Shown here in pieces: positions 28,601 to 36,823 of a DNA stretch of 40,188 nucleotides. This DNA is from Tannerellaceae bacterium (GTDB taxonomy: Bacteria > Bacteroidota > Bacteroidia > Bacteroidales > Tannerellaceae), in contig JAITVG010000147.1 in the NCBI GenBank assembly GCA_031285925.1, positions 1-40,188 of the forward strand, given 5' to 3'. The number at the start of each line of letters is the position of its first letter. The first letter of the stretch is position 1. The position numbers and the translations under genes are program-made. The notes under the pieces were generated by a model. That model searched no databases, was not told the origin of the DNA, and saw only the letters and a list, made by a program, of their open reading frames with translations.

Positions 28601-29139
28601 CCATTCTCCGGAACTTGTATGGAATAATTACCGTCGAGATCGGTAACCACTCCGCGAGTTGTACCTTTTACTATAACATTCACGCCGATAATAGGCCCTC
28701 CATACTCATCCGTGACTCTTCCCGTAACCTGCTTTTGCTGATTTACGACGGGTATACCGGCGCTTTCGTGCTCTTTGACGGAGGTGATCACTATTTGCTT
28801 ATCAACCAATTTCCAACTAATATTCGTGCCTTTGAATAATTGGTTCAGCACTTCGGAAATCTCTTTCTCTTCGGTGTTAAGACTAACTCTTGCTTTTGTG
28901 TTTACAACACCTTTGTTATAGAAAAAAAGATATTCCGACTGTTTTTCAATTTCCCTGAAAACATCCTTCAGAGAAACATTCTCCATGCTCAATTTCACAA
29001 TATCATTTTGGGAATGTATTGTTTTGGTATTAGCGCAAAGAGTAAAAACAAACAAAAGTATTGATGTGATTCTCATTTGTAGCCATGTTTTTCTAAGTAT
29101 CAAAGATAGTTCTTCTTCAATATGAAAATTATTTTCCAT
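25696..29139 (-). CDS. SusC/RagA TonB-dependent transducer with N-terminal STN signalling domain
   Basis: STN ([19 protein letters not shown]), carboxypeptidase-reg-like domain, plug ([37 protein letters not shown]), DGSSRF and C-terminal F. Likely start ATG 29139 (MENN). Confidence 0.95.
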   Translation of the reverse strand: [1147 protein letters not shown]

Positions 29140-29149
29140 AGATTTGTAG

Positions 29150-29228
29150 TGTATTTTAATATTAAACAATGATTTTTTTGTTGTTTGATCGCTACCGGGA
29201 TGAGTTCGCACCTCATTCCGGTTTTTTG
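29150..29228 (+). ncRNA. Candidate cis-antisense sRNA to the susC leader (DonS-like)
   Basis: + strand TAGATTTG (-7 box) at 29139-29146, then hairpin ACCGGGATGAG / CTCATTCCGGT (29194-29222) followed by a T run. The 5' end is estimated. Confidence 0.6.
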
Positions 29229-29289
29229 GTTTTTTCTTCCGGTATTATCTCATAGGCATTCCTCCTTTTTTAGAGTTTAGTTAATTTTT

Positions 29290-30273
29290 TCAATATATAT
29301 GGACTGTATTCTCATTGATTGTATATGTTATGGGTACACTTGTTTTTATAACCTTCATGATGGTTTCCAGCGAATAGCTGCTGCGAAGTGTTCCTCCAAA
29401 CCGCATCTGTCTTGCAAGTTTATTATCAAATACGAAACGGACATCGTACATGCGTTCCAGCCGCTTCGACAAATCTTCAAAAGTAAGATCATCAAACGTG
29501 TACTCTCCATCTCGCCAGGAAGATATATGACGAACATCCACCCGGGCACAAGTAATCTGTCCGGTCGATTTATCATACGTAATCATTTCACCCGGCAATA
29601 GTTGTTTTTTACACTTGTCGTATTCTACGGACACCTTTCCTTCTAATAGTGCTATGCTCATCTGATTTTCATCGCCGAATGAATATACATTGAAAGAGGT
29701 ACCCGTTACCCGGTGTGTGAATTTATCCACGTGAACCAGAAAAGGTTTCAAACTGTCGGTTTGCACATCGAAATAGGCTTCTCCGTTTAATAAAACGGAA
29801 CGAACTTCATCGCCGAATGAATTATCAAAAGATATGGAACTGCAGGCGTTAATCCATACGGTCGAACCGTCGGGCAATGTTACTTTGGAGCGTTCGCCAA
29901 TACCGGTTTCTATTTTTGTTACTCGATAAAGTTCCTCTTTTCGATCGCTGCCGACATGCGAATAAATAAAATACGATAGCAAAACACCTGCAAGAAATAT
30001 GGCGGCATAACGCACGGGTGTGTAACACCAACGTGCAGGTGCCTGTTTTTTTGTTTTCCCGGAAACCGAACAGGCAAACTTTATCCATTGAAACTTTACA
30101 TCGCTTACTTTCATGTCTGCTTCGGATCCCCACAGATCATAAGCATCTTTGAACGAACGAAAACGAACTTTGTTGTCTTCACTCATTTCCAGCCACTCCA
30201 ATAATTCCGATTGTTCGCAGGACGATGCGCTTTTGGAGAGATATTTTATAATTAGCATATCTGCTTTGTCCAT
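29290..30273 (-). CDS. FecR family anti-sigma factor
   Basis: ELLEWL N-terminus, one TM, TLPDGSTVWINACS, LNGEAYFDV, VTGTSFNV and SWRDG. Confidence 0.93.
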   Translation of the reverse strand: MDKADMLIIKYLSKSASSCEQSELLEWLEMSEDNKVRFRSFKDAYDLWGSEADMKVSDVKFQWIKFACSVSGKTKKQAPARWCYTPVRYAAIFLAGVLLSYFIYSHVGSDRKEELYRVTKIETGIGERSKVTLPDGSTVWINACSSISFDNSFGDEVRSVLLNGEAYFDVQTDSLKPFLVHVDKFTHRVTGTSFNVYSFGDENQMSIALLEGKVSVEYDKCKKQLLPGEMITYDKSTGQITCARVDVRHISSWRDGEYTFDDLTFEDLSKRLERMYDVRFVFDNKLARQMRFGGTLRSSYSLETIMKVIKTSVPITYTINENTVHIY

Positions 30274-30295
30274 TCCGGTATATCGTTTTTAATAT

Positions 30296-30320
30296 GACGC
30301 GCTACACGGACGGATTACTT
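30296..30320 (-). promoter_or_regulatory. Putative ECF-sigma promoter for fecR (AAGTA-N16-CGTC)
   Basis: Same arrangement as 38671-38696 in the other sigma-fecR spacer. CGT is a typical ECF -10 element. Confidence 0.4.
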
Positions 30321-30339
30321 AGAAAATGGCGGAAAAATT

Positions 30340-30867
30340 TTATAACCCCGGCAAATAATCCCGCAATTGTGCTTTCAATACTTTTAATGCATTGTAAATC
30401 TGTGCCTCAACCGTGCGCACACTGATCCCTAATATCCGGGCTATTTCCTGATTTTTCTTGCCCTCATACCGGCTCATCATAAAGATAGACCGGCATTTGG
30501 GAGGGAGTTTTTCGATACTGCTTTTCAATAAGATGTCGATTTCTTTCAGGTATACATCCATAAGAGGGGATGGGATTTCAGGATGTATTTCGTACTCTTT
30601 GATTTGCAGCGACACCAGTTCTTCATAATCGGCATGTACTTTTGCCTGCCGGAAATAGGAAAAGCAGCTATTCCGGACGGCAGTAAAAAGATATGATTCG
30701 TAAGACGATTGTACGAAATCATAATTTTCCCACAAATTCATGAAACATTCTTGAACAAGGTCGCGCGCAAGTTCCTTGTCTTCTACATATTTACAGCAGA
30801 ATACAAATAATTTGGGCTGTAGTTTTTTGAACAATAATTCAAAATGCTTTATATCTTGCTTTTCCAT
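30340..30867 (-). CDS. ECF RNA polymerase sigma-70 factor (Bacteroides expansion family)
   Basis: ARDLVQECFMNLWE, YLFTAVRN, LPPKCRSIFMMSR and EIARILGISVRTVEAQI. Confidence 0.95.
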   Translation of the reverse strand: MEKQDIKHFELLFKKLQPKLFVFCCKYVEDKELARDLVQECFMNLWENYDFVQSSYESYLFTAVRNSCFSYFRQAKVHADYEELVSLQIKEYEIHPEIPSPLMDVYLKEIDILLKSSIEKLPPKCRSIFMMSRYEGKKNQEIARILGISVRTVEAQIYNALKVLKAQLRDYLPGL

Positions 30868-30871
30868 TTAG

Positions 30872-30907
30872 TATCTCATCCTGCTAATTATTATCTCATC
30901 CTGCTAA
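30872..30907. repeat. Perfect 16-bp direct repeat TATCTCATCCTGCTAA x2
   Basis: Copies at 30872-30887 and 30892-30907. Confidence 0.9.
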
Positions 30908-31158
30908 AGGAGACTCAAGCGCATATAAAAATCTCTGATTTTTAGGGCGGTTATATATAAAACCAAGACCACCTCTTATCTTTATAGGCTTTAGCGGTAT
31001 TAATGTGTAATCCGCAGATTTATTATGTATAACGTGGTCTATGCCACAAAATTTATAAGCCCATGAGAAAAGTATGTGGTCTTGATGTACACAAAGATAG
31101 TGTCTTTATGTGCATTTTGTACGAGAATGGAGAGAAAATCCAATTCAGGCAGAGGTAG
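30908..31158 (+). mobile_element. IS110-family remnant: left non-coding end plus transposase stub
   Basis: Structured AT-rich region directly upstream of an IS110 transposase N-terminus. The left boundary is an estimate. Confidence 0.6.
31063..31158 (+). pseudogene. Truncated IS110 (DEDD) transposase, 31 codons
   Basis: Translates MRKVCGLDVHKDSVFMCILYENGEKIQFRQR*. xCGLDVHKxxxxxCI is the first RuvC-like catalytic motif of IS110 transposases. Not in the ORF track. Confidence 0.85.
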
Positions 31159-31162
31159 CCAG

Positions 31163-31285
31163 CCTAAAACACGCACACATAACACATTACGAAATGTAAA
31201 AAAATGTTTCTATATATAGTACGAGCGCGTAGTACCTATTCCGCGGCGCCGTAGTATAGGTAGTACGAAGAAATACTACTAATAG
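31163..31285. repeat. Dispersed element with 22-bp periodic palindromic array (family A, copy 2)
   Basis: Cores CTATATATAG 31210, GTACCTATTC 31232, GTATAGGTAG 31254 and CTACTAATAG 31276. Shares TGTTTCTATATATAGTACG and the upstream flank with 5481-5604. Confidence 0.85.
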
Positions 31286-31517
31286 AAAATCGAAATACTT
31301 TTAGCCTCTCCTTTACTGCATGCGATTATACGCAAGTCAATAAAACGAACGAAGCTCGTGGCTTGGGAAGCCGAATTTTCATAACCGCGGGCTTGGTCGG
31401 TAGTATGAATAATGCATACGCGCGCGGCTACCGATGCCTAAGCTGTCGCGAAAGCCGGTCAAACCGAAAAATAAATGTATTAATGCCACTTCTTATTCTA
31501 TTATATTGATTTTTTTA

Positions 31518-31525
31518 TACATTTG
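31518..31525 (+). promoter_or_regulatory. -7 box (TACATTTG) for the stand-alone susC
   Basis: TAnnTTTG match 43 bp upstream of ATG 31569. Confidence 0.6.
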
Positions 31526-31568
31526 TGTGAAAATTGTAATTAAAGTAATAACTTAAAAGAGTGTATTT

Positions 31569-34500
31569 ATGATGAAAAAGTTAACTTTTTTGTTTCTATG
31601 CTTGCTTGCAAGTGTAGGATTAGCGAGCGCTCAGAACACACAAGTGACAGGTGTTGTGATCTCGGCGGAAGATGGGGAGCCCGTTATCGGAGCTAATGTT
31701 ATGGAGAAAGGAACAACGAACGGAGTTATCACTAATGTCGACGGAGAATTTGAATTATCCATTGCTCCACAGGCCACGATCGTAGTTTCTTATATCGGTT
31801 ATGAAACTCAAGAAGTAAAAGTAGGAACATCTTCAACATTGAGAGTGGTTCTTGCAGAAAGCCGTGAATTGCTGGACGAAGTTGTGGTGGTGGGTTTCGG
31901 TGTACAGAAGAAAGCCAACCTTACCGGCGCAGTGTCTGTTGTGGGTGATGAAGAGTTAGCCCAACGTCCTGTGACCAGTGCAGCCCAAGCGCTACAAGGT
32001 CTTGTTCCGGGTTTGCAAATATCATCTTCAAGCGGAACTTTAGACAGTACTCCGGAGATCAATGTGCGTGGCGTCGGTACCATTGGTGAGGGTTCCAATG
32101 GTGCTCCCCTTATCCTTATCGATGGTGTGGAAGGCGACATCAATACTTTGACTACACAGGATATCGAGAGTATATCGATTTTGAAAGATGCCGCTGCATC
32201 CAGTATTTACGGTTCGCGCGCGCCTTTCGGAGTAATCCTGATTACCACCAAGGCCGGAACCAACGACGGCAGAGTGTCGATAAACTATAACAACAGCTTC
32301 CGCTTTATCAATATGATCAATGAAAAGCACATGATGAACTCCGTGGATTTCTCCAGTTGGATGAACGATGCGCAAACGAACTCAGGCAATACGGTTTTCT
32401 TTAACGAAGCACGTATGGAGAGGATCATGGCTTACCACAATGGAACAGAAATCGGTCCCGGTACACGTGAAACGTCTTTGGGAACACTCTATGCCATCGA
32501 TGCGGACGCTAACGGAAACTGGCTCGACGGTTATGCCAACGGTATCGATGATGTGGATTGGTATGATGCAATTTACAGAAGTTCTACTTTCGCGCAAGAA
32601 CACAATGCGAGTGTATCCGGCGGCAACGAAAAACTCAATTACTATGCATCGTTCAACTATATCGGCAATCGCGGTTTCATGAAGCTTGCCGAAGACACAT
32701 ACAGTCGTTACAATGCATCAGCGAAAATCGGAATCCAATTGTCCGGTTGGGCACGCATGAATTACAGCATGCGCTATATTCGTAATAACTACAAGCGTCC
32801 GTCATATTTGAAAGACGACCTCTATACTAACTTGACCCGTCAAGGCTGGCCTATTTTGCCACTCTACGACCGTAACGGTTACTATGTATTTTCACCCTCA
32901 TGGGCTTTGCCGCTTGCTACGCGTGGAGATGACCGTTCCGAAAAAGATATGACGAATCATCAGATTGGTTTTGTTTTCGAACCGGTCAAAAACTGGATCA
33001 CTCACGTTGATTTGAATTATAGAGTTGACAGCCGCATGAACCATTGGGACGTGCTTTATGGCTACAACCACGATATAGAGGGAAATCCGGCTATTATCAA
33101 TCAAGAATCCGAAGTACATGAGGCTTTAACCAAGGATCAGTACATGAACTTCCAGGCATACACGGCATATTCATTGAGTCTGAATGAAATGCACAACTTC
33201 CATGTCATGGCGGGTTTTCAAGCCGAGCAGTTGAAACGTACGGAATTTGGTTTGACACGTGCCGGTATCATTGATCCGAACAAACCGGAAGTGGATTTGA
33301 CCAATGGTTTGAGCTACAACGGTTCTCCAATTGTGCCTAATGTCAATGGTAAACGCAACCAATGGCAAACAGCCGGTTTCTTCGGGCGTATAAACTATAA
33401 CTTCATGGAACGCTATCTATTCGAAGCCAACTTGCGTTATGATGGTACTTCCCGTTTCCGCACCGACAACATGTGGAAGCTTTTCCCATCGTTTTCATTC
33501 GGTTGGCGTGTCAATGAAGAAAACTTCCTGAATGAAATTGATTGGATCAGCAATTTGAAGTTTCGCCTGTCATACGGTTCGCTCGGCAACCAGAATACAA
33601 ACAACTGGTATCAAACTTATCAGACTGTTTCCTATAACTCGAATGCCGGCAACTGGCTGCAGGAAGGAGCGAAATCAAATACTACGGCAGCTCCGGGGTT
33701 GGTTTCCACATTACTTACTTGGGAAAAAATCGAAAGCTACAACGTCGGTCTTGACTTTGGTTTCATGAACAATAAGCTCTGGGGTAGTTTGGATTACTTT
33801 ATCCGCGACACAAAGAACATGGTGGGTAACGCTCCCGAATTACCTTCAATTTTAGGTACCAATGTGCCTGTGACTAATAATACCGACCTTAGTACCTCAG
33901 GTTGGGAATTTCAAATCGGCTGGCGCGACCAACTTTCCAACGGCTTGTCATACGGCGCTACTTTCAACCTCTCCGATGCACGTACCAAGATTACCCGCTA
34001 CCCCAACAACCCGACAGGAGACTTGGGTAGATTTATTGTAGGCCGTTACACCAATGATATTTGGGGATACGAAACCATCGGCATCGCCAAGAGCCAAGAA
34101 GAAATGGATGCTCATTTGGCCAATGTAGACCAATCTTATCTGGGAAGTAACTGGTCGGCCGGCGACATCATGTATGCCGATCTCAATGAAGACGGACGTA
34201 TTGGTCAGGGAGCCAATACTTTGACTGACCACGGCGATAAAAAAGTGCTGGGCAACAGCACACCTCGTTTTCACCTTGGTATCGATCTGAATGCAAGCTG
34301 GAAAGGTTTTGATGTACGCATGTTCTTCCAGGGATTGATGAAACATGATATTTCTACAGGTGGCGCTTCGCAATGGCTGTTCGGATCAACATCGGGCAAC
34401 ATGTGGGAGGCTTGCGGACTTACCGTCGTTCAGGACTATTATCGCGATGAAAACACATGGTCTGTAACAAATGGTTATCGGGAAGCGAATCAGGATGCCT

Positions 34501-34793
34501 GGCTTCCGCGTGTTTACTTGGGCAACAAAAACACCCAGACACAATCACGCTACATTTTGAATGCTGCTTATATGCGTTTGAAGAACTTTCAGATCGGTTA
34601 TACTATTCCGCAAAGCATTGTTTCAAAGCTTGGAGTGAGGAATATTCGTGCTTTCTTCTCCGGTGAAAACCTCTTTACTTTTACTACTCTGCCGGAACAG
34701 TTCGATCCGGAAACCGTAGGGAATAATGCAGGCAGAAATAACGGTTATCCACTTTCAAAAACATATTCATTTGGTCTTAATGTACAATTCTAA
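31569..34793 (+). CDS. SusC/RagA TonB-dependent transporter (no STN domain)
   Basis: Signal peptide ASA-Q, LDEVVVVGFG, PLILIDG, LKDAAASSIYGSRAPFGVILITTK, RYDGTSRF and C-terminal GLNVQF. Confidence 0.96.
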   Translation: MMKKLTFLFLCLLASVGLASAQNTQVTGVVISAEDGEPVIGANVMEKGTTNGVITNVDGEFELSIAPQATIVVSYIGYETQEVKVGTSSTLRVVLAESRELLDEVVVVGFGVQKKANLTGAVSVVGDEELAQRPVTSAAQALQGLVPGLQISSSSGTLDSTPEINVRGVGTIGEGSNGAPLILIDGVEGDINTLTTQDIESISILKDAAASSIYGSRAPFGVILITTKAGTNDGRVSINYNNSFRFINMINEKHMMNSVDFSSWMNDAQTNSGNTVFFNEARMERIMAYHNGTEIGPGTRETSLGTLYAIDADANGNWLDGYANGIDDVDWYDAIYRSSTFAQEHNASVSGGNEKLNYYASFNYIGNRGFMKLAEDTYSRYNASAKIGIQLSGWARMNYSMRYIRNNYKRPSYLKDDLYTNLTRQGWPILPLYDRNGYYVFSPSWALPLATRGDDRSEKDMTNHQIGFVFEPVKNWITHVDLNYRVDSRMNHWDVLYGYNHDIEGNPAIINQESEVHEALTKDQYMNFQAYTAYSLSLNEMHNFHVMAGFQAEQLKRTEFGLTRAGIIDPNKPEVDLTNGLSYNGSPIVPNVNGKRNQWQTAGFFGRINYNFMERYLFEANLRYDGTSRFRTDNMWKLFPSFSFGWRVNEENFLNEIDWISNLKFRLSYGSLGNQNTNNWYQTYQTVSYNSNAGNWLQEGAKSNTTAAPGLVSTLLTWEKIESYNVGLDFGFMNNKLWGSLDYFIRDTKNMVGNAPELPSILGTNVPVTNNTDLSTSGWEFQIGWRDQLSNGLSYGATFNLSDARTKITRYPNNPTGDLGRFIVGRYTNDIWGYETIGIAKSQEEMDAHLANVDQSYLGSNWSAGDIMYADLNEDGRIGQGANTLTDHGDKKVLGNSTPRFHLGIDLNASWKGFDVRMFFQGLMKHDISTGGASQWLFGSTSGNMWEACGLTVVQDYYRDENTWSVTNGYREANQDAWLPRVYLGNKNTQTQSRYILNAAYMRLKNFQIGYTIPQSIVSKLGVRNIRAFFSGENLFTFTTLPEQFDPETVGNNAGRNNGYPLSKTYSFGLNVQF

Positions 34794-34806
34794 AACTATT
34801 TCCATT

Positions 34807-36795
34807 ATGAAACTTTATAAATCAATCATATTTATGTTGTCTTTGTCGGTTGCCATTGTTTCCTGCAGCGATTTTCTGGAGCAGGAACCTCCTTCGGCGC
34901 TGACTCCCGAAAGCTTCTATACCACAGAAGGCCAAGCACAGGCTGTAGCCAACCAATTCTATCAAGACGTACTCCCCGGGCATGACAGTTTCTATTCTTA
35001 CGATAATGATACTGACGTGCAGGCTAATAAAACGCCCAATAATCGTTTCGACAATTCACGCTGGCTCACCGGTCAGGATAATGACAATTGGTCGTGGGGA
35101 AATATTCGCAACCTGAATTTCATGATCGAACGCTTGGAAACCAATTTGGAAAATGGTACACTTACCGGTTCCGAAGTGAACATCAAGCACTACATCGGCG
35201 AACTCTATTTCTTCCGGGCTTATGAATATTTTGAAATGTTGCTGAAGTTCGGCGATATGCCTATCGTGAAGGAAGTTTTACCGGATGAAGAAAGCATTCT
35301 GGTGGCAGCCAACCATCGTGAGCCTTGTAACGAAGTGGCTCGTTTTATCATCGAAGATCTTAACACAGCCTACACGAATATGAAAGAAAACTTTGAAGGT
35401 CGCCACACTCGCATCAGTCGCGATGTCGCTCAGTTATTCAAATCAAGAGTGGCGCTTTATATGGGTTCTTGGCTGACTAACTTTGTCGGCACTCCATTCG
35501 TACCTAACGGCGAAGGATGGCCGGGTGCGGAAAAGAATGCCGGTTACACTTACTCTACCGGTTCCATTGACGCTGAAGCTAAGTGGTTCTTCGAACAGAG
35601 TGTTGCCGCAGCCGAAATCGTGGCCGAAAAGTACAAGAGCACACTCAGCATCAATAACGGTATTATTCCGCAGGCTGAAGGAGAATCGAATCCTTATCTC
35701 GAAATCTGGGGCACTACGGATTGTTCCAATAAACCTGAAGTACTGTTGTGGCGTGAATATAGCATAGCGCTTCGTTTGGTAAACAATGTGGAAGTGGCTG
35801 CCCAATACAACAACTATGGCGGCTATACCCGCTCGATGGTAGAAGGTTATCTTATGGCTGACGGATTGCCGCATTATGCTTCCGGCTACACCTACGATGA
35901 TACTACGATTGAAAAGGTTGCCACCAATCGCGACCCCCGTCTTTACGTATTCTTGAAGAAGCCGGGCGATATCAACTGCTTCAAAAATACAGGTGATGTT
36001 GCCGGTACTCACTGGACAGAAATAGAACCTGTTCCGGCTATGATTACCGCTGTAATAGAAGGTACATACGTATCGGGCTACACTATTCGCAAGGGCATGA
36101 CATTCGACCGTTCCAATTGCAGGAATCGTGGTAACGGTGAAAATGTCTGTGTCGTGTTCCGTGCTACCGAAGCTTTGCTTAACTACATGGAAGCTCAATA
36201 TATGTTGACTAAAGACGTGAACTCCGGCAAAATTATGGAATATTGGAAGAAAATACGTGAAGCAGCAGGTTTCATTGGCGAAGCTCAGAATCCACAAATA
36301 GCGATCAATGCTACCGATATAAGCAAAGAAGCAGCCGACTGGGGAGCTTGGACTGCCGGCCGGTTGCTCACAGATAATGCTCTCTACAACATCCGTCGCG
36401 AACGCCGTTGCGAAATGTTGTCGGAGAAACTTCGCGACTTCGATTTGAAGCGTTGGCGCTCATTCGACCAGTTGATTAGCAATCCGGTTCATGTAGAAGG
36501 ATTCCGTGTGTGGAATACGCCGATGGCAGAATGGTATCCGGATGCTGTGACCGACGGCGGTATAAATGCAAACATGTCTTCTCCTGAACTCAGTGACTAC
36601 TATCGTCCTCATGAAGTGAATATGGTAAACAATAGTTTTTCCGATGGTTTGACTTGGCGTATGGCCCATTATTTGGATCCGTTGCCACTTAAACAATTCC
36701 TGCTGACTTCTCCCGATTATGCTTCTGCTGATCAGAGTACACTTTATCAGAATCCATATTGGCCGACAACATCAGGTGTTCCTGCAACAGAATGA
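34807..36795 (+). CDS. RagB/SusD family nutrient-binding lipoprotein
   Basis: Start MKLYK at ATG 34807, lipobox VSC, GELYFFRAY, RDPRL, FRATEALLNYMEA, RRERRCE and QNPYW. Confidence 0.94.
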   Translation: MKLYKSIIFMLSLSVAIVSCSDFLEQEPPSALTPESFYTTEGQAQAVANQFYQDVLPGHDSFYSYDNDTDVQANKTPNNRFDNSRWLTGQDNDNWSWGNIRNLNFMIERLETNLENGTLTGSEVNIKHYIGELYFFRAYEYFEMLLKFGDMPIVKEVLPDEESILVAANHREPCNEVARFIIEDLNTAYTNMKENFEGRHTRISRDVAQLFKSRVALYMGSWLTNFVGTPFVPNGEGWPGAEKNAGYTYSTGSIDAEAKWFFEQSVAAAEIVAEKYKSTLSINNGIIPQAEGESNPYLEIWGTTDCSNKPEVLLWREYSIALRLVNNVEVAAQYNNYGGYTRSMVEGYLMADGLPHYASGYTYDDTTIEKVATNRDPRLYVFLKKPGDINCFKNTGDVAGTHWTEIEPVPAMITAVIEGTYVSGYTIRKGMTFDRSNCRNRGNGENVCVVFRATEALLNYMEAQYMLTKDVNSGKIMEYWKKIREAAGFIGEAQNPQIAINATDISKEAADWGAWTAGRLLTDNALYNIRRERRCEMLSEKLRDFDLKRWRSFDQLISNPVHVEGFRVWNTPMAEWYPDAVTDGGINANMSSPELSDYYRPHEVNMVNNSFSDGLTWRMAHYLDPLPLKQFLLTSPDYASADQSTLYQNPYWPTTSGVPATE

Positions 36796-36823
36796 TTATC
36801 GTCACTTTGTAAGAAAAAGAAGC

